Shown: positions 18,218 to 27,542 of the stretch, one piece after another | Layout of the letters: each line of letters opens with the position of its first letter | How positions within the stretch are numbered: the stretch's first letter is position 1 | Position numbers and translations under genes: made by a program | Origin: a virus | Strand: one strand, 5' to 3' | IMG/VR virus record: IMGVR_UViG_3300045996_000876 | Span: 4,869 to 68,868 of that record | DNA: 64,000 bases | Notes under the pieces: generated by a model | Told to the model about the DNA's origin: nothing | The model's database searches: none | Seen by the model: the letters and a program-made list of their open reading frames with translations, nothing else

Positions 18218-18403
18218 ATGACCAAGCTACTCAACAACATAGCGGCTTTCTTCATGGCCATCGCTCAGGCGTTCTATAAGGCGGCTCCAAACAAGGGCGA
18301 GACCTATGGCACTGCGACGTTCAGCGACCTCCTATATATTGGGTTGGTCCTGTTCGCGGCTCTCTACGTCGTTGGCGTCACGGCTCTGGCCATCATCAAG
18401 TAA
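18218..18403 (+). CDS. small membrane protein
   Basis: GAGG RBS; C-terminal hydrophobic helix. Confidence 0.55.
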   Translation: MTKLLNNIAAFFMAIAQAFYKAAPNKGETYGTATFSDLLYIGLVLFAALYVVGVTALAIIK

Positions 18404-18503
18404 CGACCCTTGGCGGTGAAGCGGTTCGACTCCTGCCCCGACTTCTTGTGAGTTGGGTCCATGTAGGTATGGTAACGGGTTCAACTCCCGTAATCGTTAC
18501 TTG
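18397..18503 (+). ncRNA. tRNA-like element with two T-arm-like hairpins
   Basis: CAAGTAACGA/TCGTTACTTG closing stem; GCGG-TTCGACT-CCTGC; CCCGACT-7 nt-AGTTGGG; ACGGG-TTCAACT-CCCGT. Confidence 0.55.
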
Positions 18504-18517
18504 GCTGGTGGCTTGAG

Positions 18518-19999
18518 ATGGGGTACCTGGAGCGTATAGCCCAACTGGAGAAGCTGAACGCCCAAGCGCGTATCCTTGGACCCAATCCAACGACGGACCT
18601 GAGAGCTACGGCTGACCGCTTCCTGCGTCAGTTCCGAGCCATTGTCGGACTCGATAGCCTTGCTGGTCCATACGACCTTCTGTCGAAGCGTTGTAAGGCA
18701 ATGACGCTCCATCCCAAGCAGCGTCTGCTGTGGGAGTGCTTGGCCCGCTTCGTCTGCGTGCCGGCTGGCCGCCGCTCGGGCAAGACAGAGCGAGCGAAGC
18801 GGAGGTTGATCCAGTGCGCTGTGGAGGAGCGGGAGTACGATGACGCGTGGTTCATCGCGTCTGCCCCTACGCTCCAGCAAGCCAAGCGTATCTTCTGGGC
18901 GGACTTACTGCGACTCGCTCCTCCGAAGCTCGTGACCAACATCTCCAAGTCTGGCGAGCCATCCATAACGTTCTACAACGGAGCGGAAGTAACTGTTATG
19001 GGCATGGAAGTACCGGAGCGTGCCGAAGGTCGGCCACTCAACGGTATCGTGCTCGATGAATACGGGAATATGAAGGAGCACGTCTGGACCAACCACGTGC
19101 GTCCCGCGTTGACAGACCGCCAGGGCTGGGCGATGTTCACGGGAGTTCCCGAAGGTCGCAACCATTACTATGAGCTGTGTCAGGACGCGAAGCTAGACAC
19201 GACGGGCCAATGGGCCCTGTTCACTTGGACCACTGAGGAGGTTCTACCGCTCTATCTGGGAGCCGAAGAAGCGGCGGTTGAGTTAGCGTCCGCCCGCGCG
19301 TCGATGGATGACCTGACGTACGCCCAAGAGTACCTGGCCAGCTTCGTTACGTTCGAAGGGCTGGCGTACTATACCTTTGGTGACCATAACGTCCGGGACT
19401 CGCTCCCCTATAGGCCTGAGTCCGACTTGATTGTATGCTTCGACTTCAACGTGGCTCCTGGCGTGGCTGTCTTCTGTCAAGACGGCGGGAACGGTCAGAC
19501 CTACGCCATTGGCGAGGTCCACATACCGCGGAACTCTAACACGCCGCGTGTGTGCCGAAAGATCGAGGAAATGTGGGGCAAACGACACAAAGGTCGTGTG
19601 TTGTGCTATGGGGACGCAACGGGCGGGAGCGGCGGCACCGCGAAGGTAGATGGCTCCGACTGGAGCTTGATCAAGCAGTACCTGAGGCCTGTGTTTGGCG
19701 ACAAGCTCCGGTTCCGAGTGGACCAGAGCAACCCGCTGGAGCGAGTGCGTGTCAACGCGGTCAACAGCCGGTGTAAGTCCGCTGATGGCCAAGTACGCTT
19801 GCTGGTCTCCAAGTCGGGATGTCCCAACCTGATCAAAGACTTTGAAGGCGTGCGGGTCATCGAAGGGTCCGCTGGCGACATCGACAAAGACGCAGACCCA
19901 AAGCTGACCCACTTAACGGACGCCATCGGGTATTACATAGAGAAATGTTTCCCAGTCCAGACCGGGTATATGACGCAACGACAGGAGCAGGTGATCTAA
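18518..19999 (+). CDS. terL: terminase large subunit
   Basis: AGRRSGKT Walker A; IVLDE Walker B; GVPEG; FDFN nuclease motif; HLTDAIGY. Confidence 0.95.
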   Translation: MGYLERIAQLEKLNAQARILGPNPTTDLRATADRFLRQFRAIVGLDSLAGPYDLLSKRCKAMTLHPKQRLLWECLARFVCVPAGRRSGKTERAKRRLIQCAVEEREYDDAWFIASAPTLQQAKRIFWADLLRLAPPKLVTNISKSGEPSITFYNGAEVTVMGMEVPERAEGRPLNGIVLDEYGNMKEHVWTNHVRPALTDRQGWAMFTGVPEGRNHYYELCQDAKLDTTGQWALFTWTTEEVLPLYLGAEEAAVELASARASMDDLTYAQEYLASFVTFEGLAYYTFGDHNVRDSLPYRPESDLIVCFDFNVAPGVAVFCQDGGNGQTYAIGEVHIPRNSNTPRVCRKIEEMWGKRHKGRVLCYGDATGGSGGTAKVDGSDWSLIKQYLRPVFGDKLRFRVDQSNPLERVRVNAVNSRCKSADGQVRLLVSKSGCPNLIKDFEGVRVIEGSAGDIDKDADPKLTHLTDAIGYYIEKCFPVQTGYMTQRQEQVI

Positions 20000-20370
20000 T
20001 GGCCAAGCATCGCGTTAAGCTACACGATGGGGTTACAACCCTCTCCGACCGCGATATCACCTACATGGTGGACAAGGCGCTGAACGCGATTGGCCACGGC
20101 TTCTACGTCGTGATCTACAAGCAGGCTCAACGGCGCGGGCGACATTCATGGTGGATCCTCAATGGCTCGAATAGCAAGACCCTTTCCACCAGCGAGACCT
20201 ACAGCAGCTACCGCAAATGCCTCAAGACTGCGGCTAAAGTCGCTGTGGCTCTCAATTGTAACCTCTACGTTCACGACCTCCGGGCAGAAGCTTGGGAGCG
20301 AGCCGGCAAGCGACGTTGGCGGGCCGGGAAGGGAACGCTGCTCATCAAACATGGTGTCGCAGTTAAGTGA
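19999..20370 (+). CDS. basic protein with a YegP/DUF1508-like motif
   Basis: WWILNGSNSKTLSTSETYSSYRKC resembles the DUF1508 pattern; start overlaps the terL stop. Confidence 0.55.
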   Translation: MAKHRVKLHDGVTTLSDRDITYMVDKALNAIGHGFYVVIYKQAQRRGRHSWWILNGSNSKTLSTSETYSSYRKCLKTAAKVAVALNCNLYVHDLRAEAWERAGKRRWRAGKGTLLIKHGVAVK

Positions 20371-20650
20371 GGCCCAGGCCCACCAACGCTGCGTGACGCC
20401 GCTCGGAAGGCCAAGGGTACGCTGATGGCGCCGTCGTCTTTGCCTGCCGACAGGCTGCCTTGACCGTATCCGGAAGTGGTGAATGTGGAACTTCCCTCCG
20501 GGGTAGATTCGCCAGACCACGAAGTTTGGGTCACCACTTCCTGGCCCTATCAAGGGAGCAGGCAATGCGATCACCTTGGCTTGTTCTCATAGAGGAGCCA
20601 TCAGGGCTGACGCGATCCCTCATCGAGCTAGCCTTGCTGGTCCACCCACG
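20371..20650 (+). ncRNA. candidate large pseudoknotted ncRNA
   Basis: Nested stems GCTCG/CGAGC, GCCAAGG/CCTTGGC, TTGCCTGC/GCAGGCAA, CCTTGA/TCAAGG, GGAAGTGGTGA/TCACCACTTCC, plus a crossing CTGATGGC/GCCATCAG pair. Confidence 0.6.
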
Positions 20651-20678
20651 GCACCCCTTATTCTCTTGGAGACATACA

Positions 20679-20957
20679 ATGGGCGATAACGTCCAAGACC
20701 TCGTGCGCGACGTAATGAACAGCAAGTCTGCTCTGGAAGCGGAGCGGACCTCCATAGCGAAGGCGGAGGCGGATAAGGTCAACACCATCAGCCAGCTCAA
20801 CGCCCAGTTGGAAGCTCGCATCAAGGCGCTGACCGAAGCGAACGCCAAGCAGATGGATGCTCTGATCAAGTCGCTCAAGGAGCGGGAAGCGGCTCTGGAG
20901 ACCCAAGCCAAGCTCCACGCGGAGCGGGTTGCGCAGCTGATGGCGGCTCTGAGCTAA
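20679..20957 (+). CDS. coiled-coil protein
   Basis: GGAG RBS before ATG 20679; heptad pattern. Confidence 0.65.
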   Translation: MGDNVQDLVRDVMNSKSALEAERTSIAKAEADKVNTISQLNAQLEARIKALTEANAKQMDALIKSLKEREAALETQAKLHAERVAQLMAALS

Positions 20958-20999
20958 GCTAAGCTGGAACTGACGGCGGGAACTGACCAAGAGGTAGCG

Positions 21000-21281
21000 A
21001 TGGACGCGAAAGCAGGCAACCAGGATGTGGTCGAATGGACTCGCATCACGCTGTACCTCACCTCTGGTCAGACCATCGAGCCGTTTTATGTTGAGGACGG
21101 AGCCCAGCTGAAGAAGGCTCAGGACGTTCTGGACGACGCAGTTCCCGGTTGTATCTTCGGGTACCGCGCCCGCCCGCTCATCCAGACGGTCCGTATAGTC
21201 GTCAACCCACTCCACCTGACTTGTATTGATGCGGAGCGTTGCCCGCACCTGAAATACTATCCGAGTGAGCCCCAACCATAA
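21000..21281 (+). CDS. hypothetical protein
   Basis: GAGGT RBS. Confidence 0.55.
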   Translation: MDAKAGNQDVVEWTRITLYLTSGQTIEPFYVEDGAQLKKAQDVLDDAVPGCIFGYRARPLIQTVRIVVNPLHLTCIDAERCPHLKYYPSEPQP

Positions 21282-21291
21282 CGGAGACACG

Positions 21292-21558
21292 ATGCACTAC
21301 CGTAACGGACGCGAAGCGAAGAATGGCGACAAGATTGTCCAGCTGGCGATGAATGGCTCAGTGGTCCAAGCGGTTGGTACGCTCATCAACGCCACGCCCG
21401 GGAACGATCACTGTAATGGTGAGATCATCATCACCGGCAATAGCAACTACGGTCCGGCCATTATCGTCGGCGCATGCCTGTGCGACTGCCTTCACGTCGA
21501 TGACCTGGCCGTGATCCTCACGGCGAATGGATTGGGCAAACGTCCGTCCGGGAAGTAA
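21292..21558 (+). CDS. hypothetical phage protein
   Basis: GGAG RBS; MHYRNGREAKNGD start. Confidence 0.65.
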   Translation: MHYRNGREAKNGDKIVQLAMNGSVVQAVGTLINATPGNDHCNGEIIITGNSNYGPAIIVGACLCDCLHVDDLAVILTANGLGKRPSGK

Positions 21559-21561
21559 GCC

Positions 21562-22368
21562 ATGACACCACAGCAGCGAATGAACGGGGAGATACTCGGG
21601 CGGCTCTTTGGTCTCACGCCGTCGGAGGAGACGAAGCAGCTGTGGTTGGACTGGAAAGACGGGAGACCCTGGAACGTTACTGCGTGGTGTGCCGGTATCG
21701 ACCTCACGGGCATCTCATGCGTCGGTCAGAACATGGCCCTGATCGCTCCGCGTACGGTCGTGTGGGCCAACCATACCCAGAACCAAGGTGCTCCCGTCTA
21801 CTTCGCGGGCAAAGACGGCGTGCGACACGAGCGGAGGTTGGTCAAGAACGCGTACATGGGCGTCGATACGTGCGTATCCTTGCTGGACTCTCCGCTGCCC
21901 AAGACCGTCACGCCGTTCCGTCTGCCACCTATGAACTTGGGTTGGGAGCGGTGTTTGCTCTTGGCGACCAATCGCTATAAGTGGGCAGGCTTGGAATGGG
22001 GCGGTGCTTGGCAGCCTTCCGCCCTACAGCTAGCGGGGTTGGGTGTCGAGTTCCCGCCCGATTGGAACCTGTTCCATTGGCGGACGTTCCCTGAGGGTGG
22101 CGACTCCGGAGCGACGATTGGCCCCATCATCGATGGCGAGTTCTTGCTGGGGACGTTCTACTCCACGACAACTGCCGGACCGAACATGGGACGGCTCGCG
22201 AGTCGGGTGAACACCGCGATCATCAACGACCTTGGCGGCGATCCTAAGACAGACACTGCGGAGGTCTGGCAGCCCTATAGCGTGACTGACGTGAACCGCG
22301 ACGGGATGACGGACTCTGTAGACATCAATGTTCTCGCGGCGAATTGGCAGAAGCAAACGAGACGCTGA
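21562..22368 (+). CDS. trypsin-like serine protease with a C-terminal dockerin-like motif
   Basis: ALIAPRTVVWANH (His), DTCV (Asp), GGDSG (Ser); DVNRDGMTDSVDINVLAANW. Confidence 0.7.
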   Translation: MTPQQRMNGEILGRLFGLTPSEETKQLWLDWKDGRPWNVTAWCAGIDLTGISCVGQNMALIAPRTVVWANHTQNQGAPVYFAGKDGVRHERRLVKNAYMGVDTCVSLLDSPLPKTVTPFRLPPMNLGWERCLLLATNRYKWAGLEWGGAWQPSALQLAGLGVEFPPDWNLFHWRTFPEGGDSGATIGPIIDGEFLLGTFYSTTTAGPNMGRLASRVNTAIINDLGGDPKTDTAEVWQPYSVTDVNRDGMTDSVDINVLAANWQKQTRR

Positions 22369-22525
22369 GATGTACGACTATAACAACTCAGATGACGACC
22401 GTACGGTTGGTTGCTTTGCGTTCGCTCTCTTTGCGACTGCGGTGTTCAGCGTCATTGGCGTTCTCCTGTACATCATCTACGGGCTGACCGTTCTGGTGAA
22501 CAACTTCAAGGTGGTGGATCCATGA
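22368..22525 (+). CDS. small membrane protein
   Basis: Hydrophobic stretch; coupled to both neighbours. Confidence 0.5.
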
Positions 22526-23481
22526 ATCGTATCGCACTTGCTATCGCACTGGCGACCGTTACGGCGGGCTGCGGCGGGTCATCCACCAAGGTCCGTGAGC
22601 TCGCTCCGGAAGTCCGGGCACAGACCCAGCTGACCCGCGAGATGGTCAGCCTCATTCGCCAGCAACAGGGTACCATCGAGCGGCTCATGGAGTCTGCGCC
22701 GCGAGCCGATACCCGGGTCAGCGAAGCTATTGTGATCAACTCCGCCATGGAGAAGAAGATCATCCAGGCCCAACAGCATGAGCTCCCTGAGATGAACATC
22801 TCTCCTCCGCTCGCCACCGCGCTCCGGTCCGATCTAGCCGATCAGCGGGTGATCCTCGATAACGCGAAAGAAGCCACCTCCGCGACTGCCTCCGCCGCAA
22901 CCCAGGCCGCTAGCCAAAACGCCGCAGCGGACGCGGTAGGGCAGCAAGCCGTGACAAAGGGTGAGCAGAACGAAGCAGCGGCGGAGAAGTCCGACAAAGC
23001 GGTACAAAAACTCCAGACGGAAAACGCGTCTCTGAAGGCGGAGGTCAAGAACGCCCAGAACAGCGACCTGTGGACGTGGTTCCTGATCTCTGGCGGCGCG
23101 ATTACGTTCGGGCTGTTCCTGGCCTTTGCGACGCCCATCAAGAAGTTCGGCTGGTATCTCGCCTTGCTGGGAGCGGTTGGCTGCTGCGTGACCTACTTCT
23201 TCATCACGGTGCTACAGTACCTCAAGTGGTTGATCATCGCTTCGATCTTTGGCGTGGGCATCTACGGATTCCTGCGGCTGACCGGGGCGCTGAAGGCGAC
23301 TGGCCAAGGCATTGAGGAGTTGAAGCATGACCCCGAAGCTCCGGATTCGCTGCTCCAGAAATATTTTGGCTCACACGGAACGGTCGGACGGTTCCACTGG
23401 CTCACGTCTGAAACGGAAGGTGTTATCAATTGGCTCCGTCGTAAGCTTGGCTCTGAGCCTGTTCGTACTGACAGCGTGTAG
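22522..23481 (+). CDS. lipoprotein with a coiled coil and C-terminal TM helices (spanin-like candidate)
   Basis: MNRIALAIALATVTAGC lipobox; helical middle region; about three hydrophobic segments near the C-terminus. Confidence 0.65.
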   Translation: MNRIALAIALATVTAGCGGSSTKVRELAPEVRAQTQLTREMVSLIRQQQGTIERLMESAPRADTRVSEAIVINSAMEKKIIQAQQHELPEMNISPPLATALRSDLADQRVILDNAKEATSATASAATQAASQNAAADAVGQQAVTKGEQNEAAAEKSDKAVQKLQTENASLKAEVKNAQNSDLWTWFLISGGAITFGLFLAFATPIKKFGWYLALLGAVGCCVTYFFITVLQYLKWLIIASIFGVGIYGFLRLTGALKATGQGIEELKHDPEAPDSLLQKYFGSHGTVGRFHWLTSETEGVINWLRRKLGSEPVRTDSV

Positions 23482-23579
23482 CGAGCTTGGGCTGGGCGGA
23501 AGTCCGATCATCTTCTTAGGGCGGGTAGCGGAAGGCAGCTTGTTTCCGGCTCCTCCCCGTCCCACCCAGGGCGATCCAG

Positions 23580-23831
23580 ATGATGAAATGTCGCGGCTCT
23601 CCGACATCGAAGAGTTCTACCAAATCCGCAGGCGGTACGAAGGCCAAGAGAGGTAAGCGTGGCCGTCCACCTGCGTGCTCAGAAGAGTACCTTGAAGCGT
23701 TGTTAAGCTTTCGCGAGTTCTGTCAATCCAAGGGGTGGAAGTGGAAGGGGAGTCTGATACAAGCTATCAAAGCCTTTATGAAGGCACATCAACGTTCAAC
23801 ACCCTCTGTGAAGGAACCAGACGATGTCTAG
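23580..23831 (+). CDS. small basic protein (AT-hook-like KRGRP)
   Basis: KRGKRGRPP; coupled to the next gene. Confidence 0.4.
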   Translation: MMKCRGSPTSKSSTKSAGGTKAKRGKRGRPPACSEEYLEALLSFREFCQSKGWKWKGSLIQAIKAFMKAHQRSTPSVKEPDDV

Positions 23832-24225
23832 CTCTTTGGGACAGCTCAACCTCGATGCGAGCGGGGTAACTGCCTTGGTCGGCGCTACAATGACAGCGAC
23901 CGTCACTGCAATGGTCCTGTTCTTGAAGTTCCTGTGGCCCAAGCTTAGTGGAAAGCTCAAGGCCAATGGCGAATCGAGCGAGTCAAACATCATCCCCGGA
24001 GACCAGATCATAGAAGCCTTCAAGGAGTTCCGGACGAAGCACCACCAGCTTCGGAACCGGGTTCAACGGCTCAACATGCGTATGGAATTAGCCGCCCAAG
24101 AACAACTCCACCAGAAAGCTCGCCAGGATGAGCAGGACCGGACGCTCAAAGAGCTATCCGAGACAATGACAGACGTACGGGACCGCGTGATCAAACTTTG
24201 TGCCGCCAACGGCGTGAAAGACTAG
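23824..24225 (+). CDS. single-TM coiled-coil protein (holin-like candidate)
   Basis: N-terminal TM segment followed by a coiled coil; immediately before the portal. Confidence 0.5.
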   Translation: MSSSLGQLNLDASGVTALVGATMTATVTAMVLFLKFLWPKLSGKLKANGESSESNIIPGDQIIEAFKEFRTKHHQLRNRVQRLNMRMELAAQEQLHQKARQDEQDRTLKELSETMTDVRDRVIKLCAANGVKD

Positions 24226-24227
24226 TT

Positions 24228-25796
24228 ATGCCTCACCCGCAACAACAGATGACTCTCTTCCATGGCGACCAGAACGAGTCGGATGTGAGCACTCCATCCC
24301 ACGCCTACACGTGTATGGCGGAGGAGTGGTGCCTCATCGATGACCTCTGCGGCGGGACAAAGGCTATGCGCGAAGCTCGCGAGACCTGGTTGCCGAAGGA
24401 GGAGAAGGAAACAGAGGTAGGGTACCGGGCGCGTCTCCAGCGGTCATTCCTCTTCCCTGCGCTCAGCGATACAATTGACAAGCTTGCTGGGAAGCCGTTC
24501 AGCCAGCCCGTTCAGTTGGAAGGCAATGAGAAGCTCCCGGAAGCTCTCCAAGGCATCAAGGATGACGTGGACCGGGCGGGAACTAGCCTGACTCTCTTCG
24601 CGCGGGAACTGTTCAAGGCGGGTATCCAGTATGGGCTAACCCACGTCCTGATTGACTTCCCGAACATACCCAACGCGGAGAAGGCGACACTTGCGCAGGA
24701 GCGGGAGCTAGGGGCACGCCCGTACTTCACCCACGTCAAGCCTACTAACGTGATTGGCTGGAGAACCGAACGGTTGCCCAATGGGAAGATCAAGCTGGTC
24801 CAGGTGCGCATCTATGAGACGCAAACGGAACCGGACGGGGAGTGGGGCGAGGTAGTCAACGAGTACATTCGCGTCTATGGCGTGGATATGTGGGAGCTTT
24901 GGAAGAAGGGACCGAAGCAGGAGAAGTTTGTAAAGGTTGACGAGGGTATTCACACGTTTGGTGAGGTACCGCTCAAGACGTATTACGTCAATAAGACCGG
25001 GTTCATGACCGCCAAACCTCCGCTGTGGGACCTCGCTGAGCTGAACCTCTGCCACTGGCAGTCAAGCAGCGACCAGCGGAACATCCTCCGCTTCGCGCGT
25101 ATCGGCATCCTGTTCGCCAAAGGCTTCTCCGACGAAGACTTGGACAAGGGTCTGTACATCGGACCTAACCAGCTGGTCTGCTCCAGCGAGCCCAACGCGG
25201 ACCTCCGCTATGTTGAGCACTCCGGCGGCGCGATCGGAGCGGGCAACGATGACCTGACCAAGCTCGAATCACAGATGGAGATTCTCGGGTTACAGCCGAT
25301 GATCGAGCGGTCGGCAGCGTCCACGGCTACCGGGAAGATGATTGACGAAGGTCGCACCACAACGGATATCAAGACGTGGATCAGGGACTTGGAAGACATC
25401 CTCATCGACTGCTACCAAACCGCCGCGAAGTGGCTTGGTCAGGAGCTTGAGGAGGAGACGCTCAAGGTCAATCTGACCGATACCTTTGACCTGATGATGC
25501 GCGGCGACGAAGACATGGACCGCTTGCTGGCGATGTCCAATGCTAATAAGCTCTCCGACAAGACCCTCCTTATGGAAGCGAAGCGGCGTGGGCTTCTCCA
25601 GGATCAGCTTGACGTTGAGGAGGAGCTTGCCGCGATTGAAGCGCAGGGCCCAAGCCTAGCCGATATGACGGGATTCGCGAAGCTCGGTGGGACTCCGGGC
25701 CAGCCCGGGAAAACGGATGAAAACCCGGGTGGTACGGATGACAAGAAGCAGATGGGGAAAGACGGCGGTAAACCGCCCTTCCCACCTAAAGGATAA
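24228..25796 (+). CDS. portal protein (DUF4055-like)
   Basis: GGTKAMR..WLPK...Y..RL; YGLTHVLIDFP; PPLWDLAELN..HWQSSSD. Confidence 0.9.
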   Translation: MPHPQQQMTLFHGDQNESDVSTPSHAYTCMAEEWCLIDDLCGGTKAMREARETWLPKEEKETEVGYRARLQRSFLFPALSDTIDKLAGKPFSQPVQLEGNEKLPEALQGIKDDVDRAGTSLTLFARELFKAGIQYGLTHVLIDFPNIPNAEKATLAQERELGARPYFTHVKPTNVIGWRTERLPNGKIKLVQVRIYETQTEPDGEWGEVVNEYIRVYGVDMWELWKKGPKQEKFVKVDEGIHTFGEVPLKTYYVNKTGFMTAKPPLWDLAELNLCHWQSSSDQRNILRFARIGILFAKGFSDEDLDKGLYIGPNQLVCSSEPNADLRYVEHSGGAIGAGNDDLTKLESQMEILGLQPMIERSAASTATGKMIDEGRTTTDIKTWIRDLEDILIDCYQTAAKWLGQELEEETLKVNLTDTFDLMMRGDEDMDRLLAMSNANKLSDKTLLMEAKRRGLLQDQLDVEEELAAIEAQGPSLADMTGFAKLGGTPGQPGKTDENPGGTDDKKQMGKDGGKPPFPPKG

Positions 25797-25799
25797 GCG

Positions 25800-26882
25800 A
25801 TGCCAGTTGACCCCCGCCTGTCCGTCGTCACGAAGGGAACGGTGAACAACCGGCTCGCGGCTCGCGCGATTCGCCACGCTACCGCTCTTGAAGGGTACAA
25901 AAACGCCGAAGTCCGGAAGATCATCAGCCTATTGAATGATGGGGTAATCCCCGACCTTTTGAGTGAGTATCAGAAAAGATTATTAAAGATAACTCAGCGG
26001 GGATTCGATACTTCTGCTAGCACTACAAAACGTCTCCGCGATATGATCAAGGCTACGGACGGAATGACCCGTGGCCTCATCTCACAGGTCGGAGATGAGC
26101 TTGCTGGGGACTTGTCGAAGCTCGCTCTTGCCGAGTCTGATTGGCAACTCGCGGCTCTCACGGATGTTGTTCCAGTCAAGATCGACTTCCTGACTCCAAG
26201 CCCAGACCTTCTCCGGTCCATCGTGGAAGAGCGACCGTTTGACGGCCACTTGATGAAAGATTGGTTTGATAAGCTTGCGACAGATACTCAACACAAAGTG
26301 GTCCAGCAAGTTCAGATCGGGCTTGTACGCGGTGATACGGTTCCTCAGTTGGTTAATCGTATCGCTGGGACTAAAGAAGAAGCAGGGGTGATGGACATAA
26401 CCCGCAGGAACGCGGAGGCAATTGTCCGGACGGCGGCAACCCATACGACCGTTCAAGCTCGTGAGATCACGTACGAAGAGAACGATGATTCCATCAAGGG
26501 TATCCAGATCGTTGCGACGCTGGACGCACGCACCACTGAAATCTGTATGGGCCAGGACGGGAAGATATATCCTGTTGGAGAAGGTCCCAGACCTCCCTTC
26601 CACTACAACTGCCGGTCCACGACTGTACCGGTTTTGAAGTCGTGGAAGGAGCTTGGTATCAACCTCAAAGAAGCTCCGGACGGAACGCGGGCGTCAATGG
26701 ATGGGCAAGTACCGGAGAAGGTCACGTATGGCGACTGGCTCAAGGATCAGTCGGAAGCAATCCAGAACGAAGCGTTGGGACCGGCTCGTGCCGAGTTGTT
26801 CCGCAACGGTGAAGTAACAATTGACCAGTTTGTCAACGACAAGGGAAAGCTCCTGACGTTGGACGAGCTACGAAAGAAATGA
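25800..26882 (+). CDS. head morphogenesis protein (SPP1 gp7 / Mu F family)
   Basis: ATLDARTTEIC...PPFHYNCRS. Confidence 0.9.
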   Translation: MPVDPRLSVVTKGTVNNRLAARAIRHATALEGYKNAEVRKIISLLNDGVIPDLLSEYQKRLLKITQRGFDTSASTTKRLRDMIKATDGMTRGLISQVGDELAGDLSKLALAESDWQLAALTDVVPVKIDFLTPSPDLLRSIVEERPFDGHLMKDWFDKLATDTQHKVVQQVQIGLVRGDTVPQLVNRIAGTKEEAGVMDITRRNAEAIVRTAATHTTVQAREITYEENDDSIKGIQIVATLDARTTEICMGQDGKIYPVGEGPRPPFHYNCRSTTVPVLKSWKELGINLKEAPDGTRASMDGQVPEKVTYGDWLKDQSEAIQNEALGPARAELFRNGEVTIDQFVNDKGKLLTLDELRKK

Positions 26883-26889
26883 GGCCAGT

Positions 26890-27492
26890 ATGAATCCCGC
26901 GAATACAACTTCCATCTTCGGAGCTATGAGCGCGGCCACCAACAAAGTCCTGGTGGGCTCGCCAAGCGCCGTCAACGTGGGTGACTACTGCATGGCGGAC
27001 CAGGAGTGTCTCCTGATCACCGCCAAGTCCGGTCGTGAGCTTACGTTCAGTCGTGCGCAGCTGGGAACCTCCGCTGCCGCTCACGAGGATGGGACCACCC
27101 TCCGGGCGTTGACCGTGGAGGACATTCTCCCTGCGGTGGTGTCCGCTTCGGAAGGGAGTAGCGGGCGGATTAGCTCCGTTGGAACCCAGACCATCTCGGC
27201 TGCCGGCTCCTCCGTGATTGACTCCTCTTTGTATGACACCTTCGATATCACCGCCAATGGCGACTTCACGCTGGACGCACCGACCAATGGTGAAGACGGC
27301 TACAAGGTTCTGGTCCGCGTTCTCAACAATACGGGAAGCGCCGTCACGATCACGGCGGGAGCAGACCTGTCGTTTGGCGATGATCCCACGGCTCTCGCGG
27401 ATGTTGCGGCGGGAGCGACGGACCTGATTGGCCTGGTGTATCGCGAGTCGGATGAAACCTGGCTCGTGGTTGGACAAGTGACCGGATTCTAA
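26890..27492 (+). CDS. probable virion structural protein
   Basis: Beta-rich sequence; RAQLGTSAAAH motif; position in the head module. Confidence 0.6.
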   Translation: MNPANTTSIFGAMSAATNKVLVGSPSAVNVGDYCMADQECLLITAKSGRELTFSRAQLGTSAAAHEDGTTLRALTVEDILPAVVSASEGSSGRISSVGTQTISAAGSSVIDSSLYDTFDITANGDFTLDAPTNGEDGYKVLVRVLNNTGSAVTITAGADLSFGDDPTALADVAAGATDLIGLVYRESDETWLVVGQVTGF

Positions 27493-27542
27493 AGCTACTC
27501 GTTGTTCGGGTAGCAGGCAACCTATTTGGAAGGATACTCGTT

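Noticed and set aside
20460-20678. N-terminal extension of ORF 20460-20957
   Set aside because: TTG start without RBS lying inside the structured RNA candidate; ATG 20679 has a good RBS
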